From positions 50,778,001 to 50,842,000 of the forward strand of contig OZ287754.1 of assembly GCA_965649765.1 (NCBI GenBank): a stretch of DNA of 64,000 bases, read 5' to 3'. This stretch comes from Bispira polyomma. Its lineage: Eukaryota. The position numbers and the translations under genes are program-made. The notes under the pieces are model-generated. The model did not search any database, was not told the DNA's origin, and worked only from the letters and a program-made list of their open reading frames with translations. This document shows, piece by piece, positions 10,201 to 22,466 of the stretch; positions within the stretch are counted from its first letter, which is position 1, and every line of letters starts with the position of its first letter.

Positions 10201-13200
10201 ACTACCCGTCCCAATATAACCTACTAAAAGGTACTAGAGTGGACGTTAAATATCCAAATTCAAATTCAAATTCATCATGACTCTATTTCACCGGGAACAC
10301 TGTATTACTTGACTATAAAATAGATGATTCTTACTTTAAATAGATTCTATCTAAAGTATCGCACATTTATGTCAGATGAGTAAACATTACATGCAATATA
10401 AAGCTCTATATATTTGCACACCAAAATCAATATATATCCTTTCATGCACGTGTTGTCCAAAACTAGACGGTCCTAAATACAAGAAAACAAGAATACATGT
10501 CACTAAATTGTCTGTTCCGAAATATTATTATCATTTCATGATTACACATTTGGTTTTATTGGGAATATTTTTAAGATAACTGAAAGGTTTTTGCTACATT
10601 CCACCAATGGCAACATTCGTCCAGCAGTAGACATATTTTCCATGGCCCTGGGATACTTAAAGAGACATGTAATTCAAACAATTGGGCAGCAGCTTGAACG
10701 GTAAGTCCTTAACATCATTGTGTTTGAGAGTATTTGAACACTGTCCTGCTTACGGATTCAATAGGTTTTTGTGTCATATTACGGCAGACAGTTCCTGCTC
10801 ATGTTCACCTGGCTCAAACTTTCTCCTTTTTCAGGAGTAAGCTGAAGGCCTAGCTTTCCACCTTAGTCGTCGCAACCATTCCGGTAGTCTTCCTGCTTAC
10901 GACCTCCATTCGTCCACCGATTTTAATTTTTCAAATAATTTTTTGGGTTTGTCGCGCCCTAGAATTCGTTGTAGGAAGATTAAACGCTATAAAAGTACGA
11001 CTAGATTAGATTAGAGAAAATCAGAGCATATTAGTTGGTCAAGATTATTTTACTCTACAAACCACTGGCATTCAGCAAATCTGCTGCTAACGTTGCCACA
11101 TACACACCAAGGTCAGAATTTGAAACCAAAAATTGTAGGTAGAAAATTTTTGGGGGACCCAGTTGCCATCGGTGATGACGCTAATCCGACATAGTCTGCA
11201 TTGTTGAAAGATTAGTGTTGAATCATTTGCTTAAAAGTCTAATACCAAAGTCATGTATACTCTCATATCTGATTAATATGTACATCTTTGCTGTGCATAT
11301 GCAAAATATGTTTTGATGCAATTGTTGTATGTAATAACAGTGATATTTAGTACCTAGAGTAGATTAGTTTTTTAGTTTTGATGTAATGTCGCTACAGCAG
11401 GGTTTGTATCATATAATGACAGGCAGTTCACTGGTGGAGGAAATTAGAACTGGGTAGTTTTTAAAGGTTTTGGGCAATGCAAACCACAAGTCTGAAGAAA
11501 ATTTTCTGCCAACTCTCGAACATACACATGATTATATACCATGGCTGTAATCTGAGCCCATGCCTGTGGTGGTGGGAGGTAATTGTCTTACCATTTCACC
11601 ACCAAAAATTAAAAAGTAATTTTTTTTTTCATGAAGGAGATAATTGTTTTATATCAAAAGCCATCTAAGTCAATCCTATCATGGGCATTTTTCTGTTGTG
11701 ACAGCAAGATGCACACCTAATATACTGTACATGGAAACTTACTGTCTGTCTCTGTTCTGTGCAATTTGTGAGACACTGAAGATCTACCATAACGGCAGAT
11801 ATTGTGGAAGACCCAAGAAAGACTAAGGCGTCATTTATACTTGTCTGTGATCCATGTCCGTGAAACATATTAGTCCGATATCAGAGTGTACATGATATTC
11901 TAATTATCTTATTTTTTGCTATTGTTTTATACTAAAATGCCCCTTCTATTTTACGGATCTTCTATTATCCAAACAAATTATCACTCTCCCAATATGGTCG
12001 GATAATAGAGGTCTACTGTACTTGCTTGAAACACCTAGTTGTCTAATTGGCAATACCATTGATATTATATAGTAATTCACTTGCAAGACAACTGTTTTCT
12101 TTTCAAAGGGCTCCAAGCAATCAAGACATCAGATGGGTGCTAACTGTCCCAGCTATATGGGGGGATGCAGCAAAACAATTTATGAGGAAAGCTGCAAAGA
12201 AGGTACATTAAATATGTATTAGTAAAACTGTACAAAATATTTGCTCATCTAGCTTGTAGCATACTCACACACAGACATTCGAAAGCTTATACTGGTGCAA
12301 ATACATTTATTATGTTGTTATAATGAAACTGAAAGCAATGGATGTTTTCTTACATAATAAGAAAACATCCAGTGAAAAATCGAAAAATGAGAATTAAAAA
12401 AGTGTAAATGGCAATAAAATATATAAGTTTATTTATTCCATAATGAGCAGTTACAGTATTTTGTGTGATATCATTGATTCAAAAGTATACGAGAGACAAA
12501 AAATTTGAAACGGCGCTTCCCTCGGTAAACACCAAACATGGCTCACTCAGTTAAGTCCTGGTCTGTAGCTAAAACATGGACCCTTTCGATTTTCAATTTG
12601 ATATCCGTGGAGTACTTATTTGTCTTGTAACAATTGACTGTAAATTGTACTTATTTTCAAATGTATGTTTTTTTGTGTTATTGTAGGCTGGACTGATTGA
12701 TGAAGTTGATTCAAAGCAGTTGTTGATTGCTCTGGAACCGGAAGCAGCATCACTGCACTGTAGAACTCTTGAGATGAAACAATTCGAGGGCATGGAAACC
12801 AAGAAAGGCAAACTGAATTTAGATGCAAACACAAAGTATATGATCATTGATGTTGGGGGTAATTTACTCCCCAATACATTATTTAATACAACTAGAATTG
12901 CATGTACGTTTGTTATTTTGTGTCAAATACTAGAAGGCTGTTACGTCACAGGATTTTGTCTGAATATATCATCTTTGTTTTTTATTTTTGGCACTCATCT
13001 CTCGTGGCAATTACATTACTTTAAGTTGTGACACTATTAGGATAGTAAAATTCAGTTTTATTGTTTTATAAGTAAAAGTGCTACGTGATATATGTAAGGG
13101 GCATAATGTTTTTACTTGGAAGCCTTATGATATCAAGCTCATGTGTATGTCTTGAAACATCTTGCTTTCATATAGTTATTATTCCAGAGAATATATGCTT

Positions 13201-14478
13201 TTGATAATTTTATTCCATGTAGAAAATGTCCATTGATACCTTCATTTGTGTTAACAAATATCAAAATCACACACCTGTGTCTCCTATTTGTCTGTAAGCA
13301 TTATGAAAAATACATAATATTACACAAGTCAAAAAACTATTGTTAAAGGTAATCATAAATGTATTAGTAAAAATGAAGTAACTCTGCATAGTGTTACTTT
13401 ATCTACAGGAGGCACCATAGACATTACTGTCCATCAGACTCTTCCCAATGGCACGGTGAGAGAAGTGTACAAGGCCACAGGTGGACCATGGGGTGGGTCA
13501 TACGTGGACGAAATGTACGAGAATTTGCTGTGTGACATATTTGGAAGAGCCTTTATCCAGGATTACAAGGTGAGATGCTCACATCAGTGGCTGAATATGA
13601 TGATTGAATTTGAAAAGCGCAAAAGAGCTGCCAAGCCTGGTAACAAATCCTCAACCAACCTTCCACTCCACATGGGATTTGCTCGGCAATTTGAGAAGTT
13701 CACCAAGAAGGACTTTGAGTCAGTATTTAGGGCAACTACAAGTTCTGGAGTGAAGTTTTCGTCCTCTGGTATGCTCTGCATCTCATCCCAGAAAATGGCG
13801 CATCTCTTTGACGGTGTCCTCCATAGTATTGAATTGCACCTGAGGGATTTACTGCAGCAGGAAGCCGTGAGTGGGGTGAAGCATATCTTCCTGGTTGGTG
13901 GATTTGGAGAGAGCACCTACTTGAAGGAGATGGTCAGCCAGAAGTTTGGACAAGGCCGTACCATACTTATACCAGAAGAGGCAAGCATGAGTGTGCTAAA
14001 AGGTGCCGTTCTCTACGGTCACAGACCTTCTGATATAACATCAAGGGTGTCCAAATTTACATATGCTATTTGCAGATATCGAGATTTTATTGAAGGTCAA
14101 GATCTAGAGGAACGTAAAAGGGTAATTGAAGGCGTCGGAAAAAAGATATACACATTGAAGACATTAGTAAAGGCAGGAGAAGAATTACCCATGGAAACGG
14201 TTTGCTCAACAATAGTTCATCCACTGGAGCCAGATCAAAAGGTAGCTTCAGTTTCTTTATACAACAGTAGAGATATTCTAGATGACAAAAAAACCCAGTC
14301 ACAGGATGGAAATGTTTTCCGAATGGCTAATGTAAGTGTCAGTAGTCCCAACACATCAAAGGGTCAACAAAGAGATATCCGTGTTAGCATGACTTTTGGA
14401 GGAACAGAGATTTATTTCAGTGCTGTGGATCTTGACTCAGGAAATGATGCAGGGACAAATGTTAATTTTGAAAGCTAA
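4237..14478 (+). CDS. HSPA12: Heat shock 70 kDa protein 12-like (HSPA12 family), gene A; 5 coding exons 4237-4533, 10576-10700, 12109-12202, 12687-12858, 13409-14478; 585 aa
   Basis: Motifs VVAIDFGTTFSGYAFS, IRWVLTVPAIW, ALEPEAAS, IIDVGGGTIDIT, IFLVGGFGES and VLKGAV. All four introns are GT-AG with compatible phases (0,2,0,1). Joined CDS is 1758 nt and open to TAA. Exon structure matches gene B. Confidence 0.93.
5097..5937. mobile_element. Non-autonomous TIR element with TTAA TSD (Kolobok-like MITE), 841 bp
   Basis: TTAA at 5093-5096 and 5938-5941. TIRs GGTTTTAGTAACGTAAACGCA / GGGTTTAGTAATGTAAACACA match 18/21. Removing it restores the Tx1 frame IGIK-WINTSFKTMGTWF. GG termini fit Kolobok rather than piggyBac. 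Confidence 0.8.
7456..9142 (-). mobile_element. 5'-truncated L2 LINE with intact RT segment (ORF 7594-8955) and (AAT)n tail
   Basis: NYRPVSNLSFVSKVIEK, LLDLSAVFDTIDH, GVPQGSVLGPLLF, YADDT, LHWLPI and LKTYLFNLAYPP*. Tail TATTATTATTATTAT at 7456-7470. Lies inside the Tx1 3'UTR. Confidence 0.93.
10205..10273 (+). mobile_element. Probable SINE/LINE 3' tail with (AAATTC)3
   Basis: ...GAGTGGACGTTAAATATCC(AAATTC)3, i.e. a GTTAAA core plus short tandem tail, abutting the broken Harbinger end. Confidence 0.4.
10793..11014 (+). mobile_element. L2 3'-end fragment with (TAGAT)n tail in intron 2 of gene A
   Basis: Close copy of 2240-2480 (CATGTTCACCTGGCTCAAACT...GATTAAACGCTATAAAAGTACGACTAGATTAGATTAG). 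Confidence 0.85.
11960..12020. mobile_element. Possible Tc1/pogo-type MITE terminus
   Basis: TCTATTATCC...GGATAATAGAGGTCTACTG|TA, a hairpin-containing CAGT-type end followed by TA. Partner end not found. Confidence 0.3.
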
Positions 14479-17100
14479 ACCTGGAAAACAACAGTTTGAA
14501 TCCTGGTCAGCCTACATTTGATTCAGTTTTATTAATAAAACTTTTTTTGTTACCTTAGGTGTAACAATATATCTTACTACAAATTTTAACAAGTTTTCAT
14601 TTCAGTACAGTTTGTTTTACTAAAATCAGTTAATCAGTTAATGTCTTGCACAATTATATATCAAGTTGTATATCAAGTTTCCCACACATAAATGTAACCC
14701 TTCTGCTTTAAAAGTGGCTTTTGTGATTAATTTCACTTTAAGACTATTTGTGTTGAACACACAGCCAGTTTACTTATCATCCGTCATATCACACCTTTCA
14801 CTTTTGATCAAAAACCTAGCAGGTTCTATATCATTTAAAGTTGTAGCACCTTCTGAATGGAATCGTCGCCTTGTGACTTGTGAGTATCCATACTGAAACA
14901 AGGCATACAGACTTTCACCAGAAACTAAAAAAACCTATCTGTATCAACTTGTCTAAAAGGGGTCTAACAAATTAGATATGCTTTTCAGTCCTGTTTTAGA
15001 AGAATATATACACATCAGGAAAATTTTGCTGAAGTTAATGATAAATATGATGTATTTTGTAAGCTCTGTTCAGTGTTCAGCACAGATGAGCAATAAGGTA
15101 AATCTGAACAAACTATCGTACTATACATTTTGTACAATATTAAATGGTACTATGCTTGCTTTGTGTAATAATGCAATATATAAATGATTGCTATGTTACT
15201 TATATTTGTTACTTTGCTATTTGTAATTGCTATTTGATTGCTATGTTTCTCACATTGTTACTTTGCTATTTGTAATTGTCATTGATTGTAATTTTGTATA
15301 GACAGGTTGAAGTTAAACAAAATTATAAAAAAATAAAATAAAAGAAAAACAAAAATGAAAAATAATATTCTATGAAGCTGAAGTACTTTTTAAGAAACAT
15401 TGGATTCATTTTCACATTAGCTTGTTCCGATGAGAGGGGAATTTTTCTGCAATTGAGAAAATTAATTATTTAAAGTGTTTATAGTTTATAGATACGCTAA
15501 AACATTTCATCAGCATTGCACATTTTACATTACTTTTACTACATAATTATCACTATATCATCGTTTTGTGTACTTAGATGAAATGTGAAAGGTCAATTCA
15601 GTTTGAATTGGTGTTTTATTAATTGTGGAGGTTTATGAATGCAGATTCCACTTGATTTTCCCCAAATGTTGACAAATGCAAGCATAATTCAATGTGAAGA
15701 GGACTTATATTTTAAAAAGAAAAGGTATTACAGGGGGCTTACTTATCATAAAACTAATAATGACATTTTTATCTTTATTTCTCTTATAAGTCTATAGACA
15801 ATTATGGTCTGGACAAGTTAATTTTATCTGATGAACCACCAATTCCAACATAGGTTTTCCAGCAAAATGGCTTTTGTGAATTTGGCAGCAAGAATGTAAT
15901 ACAGTCTCAGTGCACACAACATTGCAGTGCAGCCCTCTCTTTATTATGGATGTTTAATTGTGCTTTTTGATTATATAATCAGCTTTTAGTCTATTTTAAA
16001 TCAACTAATTGTCTTTTATAATATAGTTTTCTCATTTTTACTCACCTCGCAGACAATTCTTCTGTATTTAATAACTTACTTAATTCACGCTGAAATTCTA
16101 CCACATCTCCCCCTTTCATTCTTTTCCAATACAAAGTAAGGTCACAGTTGCTGAAGTTGTGTAGTTAGAACTTTATTTGCTCACCTGACTGTGTGTCTCC
16201 TCTTTTCCCTTCTTCCTTCCTCCACTTCATGTTAGGGGTTACCATTCATCAAGTTGTGTCCTACTTGTCTGAAAAACTTCTCACCTCTTCAAATTTAACT
16301 GTTTGCTTGGAGTGCTTGTCATTTGGAAAACCTGGCTATATAAACGCCCCTTCTAATTTACTCTGGATGCTTTCAAATCCCCCTCCCTTGTCCCTAGTTT
16401 TAATCACCATTACTATGTAAGATTTTATGGTTTTAGTGTAACATGTTGACTTGTGACATTGTATATTACAATGTCTTGTAATAGGTGTGTATAGCTTGAG
16501 CTTTAGCCATAATTTTTGGTTTAGTTATAATGTAAATCTATGTATGGTTTTAAATTATCTTGTTAGAGAATAAATGGTTGTGCCCAATCCTTTGTATTTA
16601 TTATAGCCTTAGAATTATTCCTCTCTTCTTCCCATTTACTTCTCACTTTGGTATAAATTATATTTAACTTTTACCTTTACTTGTACTTAACTATTACCTT
16701 AATCTCCTTAGGTGGCCTTCCTTTCAAACTTCATGCCAAGTTTGACCTTATCTGATCTTCACTCACCTTTCACCCCCTGGACAGGTATTGGACTGTTTTA
16801 AACCTGGCATTTAACCTGCTACCACATGAGCTTTGTTTCAATGGCTGCTGGCCTCATTAAAAGCTTAGCTTTAACAGTTCTCCAGGCACTTTTCGGTCTC
16901 CCTTTCTCATGTGTCCTGGGAGGCATTGGGAGTAGATTTAGTGATTGTTTCTTGCTTTCTTCAGTTTGTTTTATATCCTTTTTGTAATTCAAAACAACAT
17001 TTTGAGCTATATAGCACGATTGACATTATGTTACCATTGTACAGCTTTAGCTTGGTCTTCAGGGTACTACTTTGACTTCTATATAAACTGCAGTTTGGCA
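13501..17100 (+). repeat. Source block of a segmental duplication (exon 5 plus 3' flank of gene A), copied at 29352-~37400
   Basis: Collinear matches: 14479-15940 with 32456-33650, 16120-16700 with 35060-35730, and 17010-17100 with 37309-37400. Confidence 0.85.
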
Positions 17101-17572
17101 AGACAACCATACAAAATATGTATCATGTGATATAGTAAATAAAGACCATACAGGTAAAGCTTGTCATTCTTTCCACATGCACTCAAAGGTCCTGATCAAC
17201 ATAAAGCCAGACAACAGAAATAGCTTGGCTCTGCTGTAAACTTATAAAGAGGCTTGCTACTACACAGCACATGCATTATTATTAATTATTTTACCTGTCA
17301 TTTTATGGCTTTAACAAAACACATGGAGGCCGCTTGCAACATTACTGATCTGTTATATTTATGTGTTGTGATAAAAGGATATTTTTTTTATAATACACTT
17401 CGGAGTATTATATTATTTTCATAGTTATGGACAATTTCTCTATATGTAAAGTAGTATATATATGTGTTGTGTGGATAGTGTTAAGTTTCCTTATTGTAAG
17501 ACAATAAGAGACAGATTGAGGTAGATATTATTTCATTTACACACACACATTCAAACTACATGTATATCACAC

Positions 17573-17655
17573 TGGGGCCGTATTCACGAAGGGACTTAGG
17601 CTTAAATCAGTATAGTTTTGTGCTAGATTTAAGCCTAAGACCTGGCTAAGTCCCT
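17573..17655. mobile_element. Palindromic Harbinger-type MITE remnant
   Basis: GGGGCCGTATTCACGA start; nested inverted repeats AGGGACTTAG/CTAAGTCCCT and TTAGGCTTAAATC/GATTTAAGCCTAA. Confidence 0.45.
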
Positions 17656-18989
17656 CTGGCTCCCTCTTCTCTCTCTCTGTATATCTATGACTCATTTCCT
17701 CTGATGGATTTAACACTACCAATGTGCTAGCAAAGATACATAATGTGCTCATATGTTACTTTTCCGAACTATAATGGTACATTTTAGATCTATATATTCC
17801 ATTAGGTTACAAATATATTACACACATAGCTGCCTCTTCCAATGTTGAAGCTGTATAACACTATTGTTGTATCGTAATAAAACAATCAGTAGAATACTCT
17901 CTACAAGCAGGTTCTATTTGGACTCCTGATTCTATCACAATTACTGACTTATATATAATTTTCAAGGCCTTATTATATGCATGTACTTGTGTGTATAACA
18001 ATTTAGAAGCAGAAGTGTTCCTCTGTGTGGTTTAAAGTCCATCCTCAATTTCCAAAAGTAATTTATTAAAATGGTTGAAATAAACATTCTCTACTGCACA
18101 TAGTACAATTAATAGTGTGTGGGTTCTCTATGGTTCACTTCTCATTGCAGTTTCATAATGTATTTATTCAGAATTTAACAATGTACTGCACCTATATACA
18201 TATATATATGTATATAATTTTCTTGTGCATAAATATCAAAAAATTAAAATGAAAGTTTATGAACAAGATTTTTAAGGGCACACAAGAAAACAAGTACCAT
18301 AATTGAGAGGGGTTTTGGTTAACTGAAAAGAAGATTTCATGTTCTACACAGTAAACTCAGACATGTAACAATACACAGTCGGCCAGATTGTGATTGCAAG
18401 CTGTGTTCTCCATAACTCAAGCAAGACTCTTAACATTCCAGTCATAAATGGTGAGTGTTATAACTGAATAGATAACTGAGAACAAAACTAATATTGCTAA
18501 GTAAAGTTGGGGGGAAAGTAAATGGCCACTGAAAAACACTTAGAGTGCAGTATACGTCTCAGCCTCTCATCTGAAGTGGTAAGCTGGCTAAAGGGGGCCA
18601 GTGTATTGTAAGAATAAAAAGCAAACAAGTCTGTAACATTTTGGGTTTTTATTTATACACAAACATATTGTTAATACTACTACCTCACTACTTAAGGTAA
18701 CCTTAACGTATGCACTTACTGAACCAACATTCACCCTTAACTTGGTATTTTAAGGTGACCTTAACTTATGCACTCCCTGCATTTAAGTTTTTAAGGTTGC
18801 CTTAACTTAGCCTTGATGTTGTCTTAAATTTACTGCATGTTGTTTCTATGTTAAGGTGCCCTTAAGTCTGGAGGCCCTCTACAGTCTACTCTATTACACT
18901 AATTCTACTCTATTTACACTACTTGTATATTTGTATATAATGTATAATATATCTTGCCAAACCCATTGTAGGACTTGTATCATGTTGTA

Positions 18990-19896
18990 GTTAAATGTGT
19001 GTGAAAGGCCGCTGCGACCAAATGGCGACCAAATGGCGTCAGATTTCCAGCCCCCGTAAAGCTTAATGTGCTGCAGATCAACCTTGTGATCGAAGGCCCA
19101 GGAGGCAGCTGAGCGCCTAAGCGTGTGAAAGCAATAATCTGCTGGTGTAAGTTGTACCTGGGTGATGAGGGTAGAGAAAACCTTCCTAACTTGAAAGACT
19201 GTGATAATTATGTTTTGTCCCATGTGGAAATACTGGAAGAGGGGGGTTTTATTACACTGGGGGTTGGGAGGGTGCAGGTCCCGAAGTGCCTGTACGGGGC
19301 AAAGAGGGGAGCCGAGTAGCCGAGGAACCTGAACCACCTGTGCCTGACCTGAGACCTGCATATTCTTGGCACATTTAGTAATAATGTTAGCCCCAGGAGC
19401 CCCCCAAATCAGGTCCCTGGGGTTGGGAATCTAGATGGGTAAAAATTAGCTACTTTGGATGGAACTAAAGTGGCCAGCCTATAAAACCCCAACAAAATAA
19501 GAGCTTTATAAACCTTGAACTTACCAGTTTGATAATCTGTGTGAGTTTGCTTATTGAAAGAACACCTTTGACCCTGTACTTGAGGGGTGCATTATGTGCA
19601 TGCTAATCATGAGGTGGACTTTCCTATGGGTGAGTACGTGCAGAGGGAACTCATACATTTGGAAAAAATGCTTTAATACAGCCATGTAACTTTGCAATGT
19701 CTTTGCAATTGCTGTGCCAGGAACTCGAGAAATAGCAAGACTGACTTAAGGTTGTGTGAGACCTGTATATTAAGGTGAGACAAGAAGGCTAGATAAAGCC
19801 TAAACTTAGACTGGTGGGCTCTGGAAGTCGTGGGCCTAAAGCCCGTTGCTATTCAGGCATTAACGTTTTGAAGTAGTCTCTTGGACAGGCTGTTAC
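18990..19896 (-). pseudogene. Tyrosine recombinase of DIRS element 1 (frameshifted, with stops)
   Basis: GFRPTTSRAHQSKFRLYLAFL N-terminus; CPVQAL, FHTLRRSAASWAF and GGWKSDAIW catalytic boxes. Confidence 0.85.
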
Positions 19897-20013
19897 CTAC
19901 AATAGTTAAATGCTATAATTAGGTATTAACCACTGTATGTCTACATTAAGGCATTTACAACTTTTAAGATACTGAACCTCAGCCTTACATGTGCTGTGGA
20001 AGTGTTGCCAACG

Positions 20014-21647
20014 TTATAGGATATCAGCATAAGTGTTGTCCTTACCGCGTACATGTTTTACTGAGATGCTTATGTTATGTTGAGCCTGAATTAACCATAA
20101 AGTTCTAGCACAAGCATTGAAGAAAGCGTCTTTACCCTTAGACTTATTAAATACTTGAACTACTGCCATATTGTGGCAATGGACACAAATGCTTTTATTC
20201 TGCCATTGTGCACCCCAAAGCCTGAAAGCTATTAATATGTTACACATTTCAAAGTGCACAATACCTAAAGAATTTTTGTACTCGTGGGGAATGTCTGCAC
20301 TATACCCTTGGCCATTATAATAGGCCCCCAAACCTTGGAGTGAGGCGTCAACAAACACTTCCTTTTTATGGAGTCCTTTTTATGAATGGCTGTTACCCCA
20401 TTGTGCTGGTGTAAGAAGGCACAAAACCAATTAACATCTTTCTGAAAGGAATCATTCAATGGAATTCTAGTACGTGGAGGAGTCCCCCTCAATACCCCAA
20501 GTATCCTATTTACAAAGAACCTAGCAGGTTTAACACAACGATGTATGTATATCAATTTACCTAACAATTGCTGCAGTTCCCTACGTGTGGCTGTTATTTT
20601 GTTTTCCACTTTATACATAATTGTGACACTTCCATTAACTTATTGTCGGGTATAGTCAGAAGCCTATGGCAGCATTTATGTTTATACTTAGACATGTTAC
20701 ACTTTGTGCAGGAGGGTCAACCTAGTCATAATTAATTGGGAGCCCCAAGCCTTCAATTAAACTTTTAAGAGAATTAAACCAGACGTAGCCTTTCCAGGAG
20801 GCGCAACACCCAAAAAATCATCTAAAAAATGTCACATCCAGTGGCCCTGGCCACGCATAAGGAAAGTGACGCAATCCGTGGTCATTTGGCAGGCGCTCGC
20901 CTCCGGGCAGAGGCCAAACGGATCGCTGACGTCAACATACAGCTGTTCTTCCCAATTTAGCCCTAAGGCAGCATAGTCAAAAGGATCACTACTCAAATTT
21001 CTGTACGCCCGTCTTAAATCTATTTTGTATATTAAAGCTTGGGGACCAATCAAGACTACTCTGTCTACAATATCATCTATGGTTGGGTATGACAGCTTAA
21101 AGTGAACATCATCAAATACATCTTTAGGTATACAACTATTGACACTATTGCCTATGGGCCATGAAAGGTCTACAATGCTACTCCTGTTACCGTCCGGCTT
21201 AGGGCGGGACTTTAGCAGAGACACATGGAGCCTAGGGTAAGGACTTTCCTGCAGGGGACCTATCATTGCTTTAAATTGAATCTCTGTCTTGAGGTATTCA
21301 GTTACATCCTGAGGATATACAGTGGCTGAGGCATGATTTTCCACAGTTTCATTATATTGGAATTGCTCATAATTCAAGAAGAGGGGAAACCCAAATTCTA
21401 AGTACTCACATATAATTTCAAAGTCATATCCTTGTAAATAGGAACACCAAGCACTAATATTAAACTGAGAAGGGACAGCTATTCTGGTCCCCTTATAATT
21501 GGGACAATGTTTTGCTTGGGTGAGAGTGTAAGCTTCTGTGACCCATTGTGTCATATCAGTGGTATTTAATTGTCTAGCTTTTGTGCTGGTAACATAACTT
21601 GTGGGGCCACTGGGCACAAAGCCCCTTAACCATTGTCCTAAGTCCAC
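20014..21647 (-). pseudogene. RT/RNase H of DIRS element 1 (fragmented)
   Basis: ORF pieces 20832-21647, 20265-20618 and 20014-20358 with DIRS-type RT and RNase H motifs (LQQLLGKLIYIHRCVKPARFFVNR). Confidence 0.88.
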
Positions 21648-22466
21648 TACCTCTTCAAAGGTGGCACTTACACTTTCTATAGAATATTCTAATTTGCGGG
21701 TTGCTGCCCCCCCTTAACTAATTGGCTAACATTTATGCCAAACTAGCCCTGCAGTATAGCTGAAGTAACATTAATCGAAAGTTGGCATGACTGTTCACTT
21801 ATACACGTGGAGCTTTTTCTAAATGAATTAAAGGACCAATATTGTTAGTATCCTTGACTTATGAAACTTTCTGCAATCACAACACTAGCACTTAAGCCTA
21901 CAGAAGCCTGGCTCTGGTAAGCTACCTCGTCGGTCTCTATTGTCCCAACTAGACTGTGTGGTGAACTATTGTTCTTTCCACTGCTACACGTATTCTGAAT
22001 ACTCGATGGGAAATAACTCTTAGTGACACTTGCGTCATAACTGATATTACTTATATTCAAATTAGTACTCATGTAATACAACTATGCATACAACACACTA
22101 TTTAATGACTGGTACTATCGTCTATGTTTCACTGAAAACAACCTCCTTTAACTCTGTCTCGTTTACACTGTTTATATTATCGTTCATGTTTTGCCTGAAA
22201 ACATCCACTTTTACTTTAGACTGATCCTGAAAATCATATGCTTGTTTTACACGAACTTGTGCTTCAAATCCTTCCATTAAAGGGTTACCATGTATAATTT
22301 GGGTAGATCCAGGCTACACCAATTACAATGACAATGACCTAAATGTTTACTTTGCCAGAAAAGACTTAAGGTCGCTAGTTTTGTACTATAATTTTTATCA
22401 TATACTGCTGCTTTGCAGCTCACAGGGGGCACCCGGGATTTAAATGGAAAGACTTGCCTGACCCTG

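Larger units (their letters stand above)
4785..10205 (-). mobile_element. Decayed PIF/Harbinger transposon (HARBI1-like DDE nuclease remnants at ~9420-10200), interrupted by a Tx1 LINE
   Basis: Frameshifted pieces HKLLRMPPDVF, TTWYRKALHPGLK, MDSKHIPIRCP and GSKNFNYMGYHSIVMLALVDADY are typical of Harbinger transposases. Terminus-like TACCCCTGTTCCACTA at ~4785 and ATCGGGGC subterminal repeats lie around the Tx1 insertion. The other terminus was not found. Confidence 0.8.

Noticed and set aside
13584-13916. Antisense ORFs over HSPA12, LINE and DIRS coding regions (e.g. 4222-4629, 6444-6860, 42343-42585, 58649-59155)
   Set aside because: Shadow frames of real coding sequence with no independent motifs.
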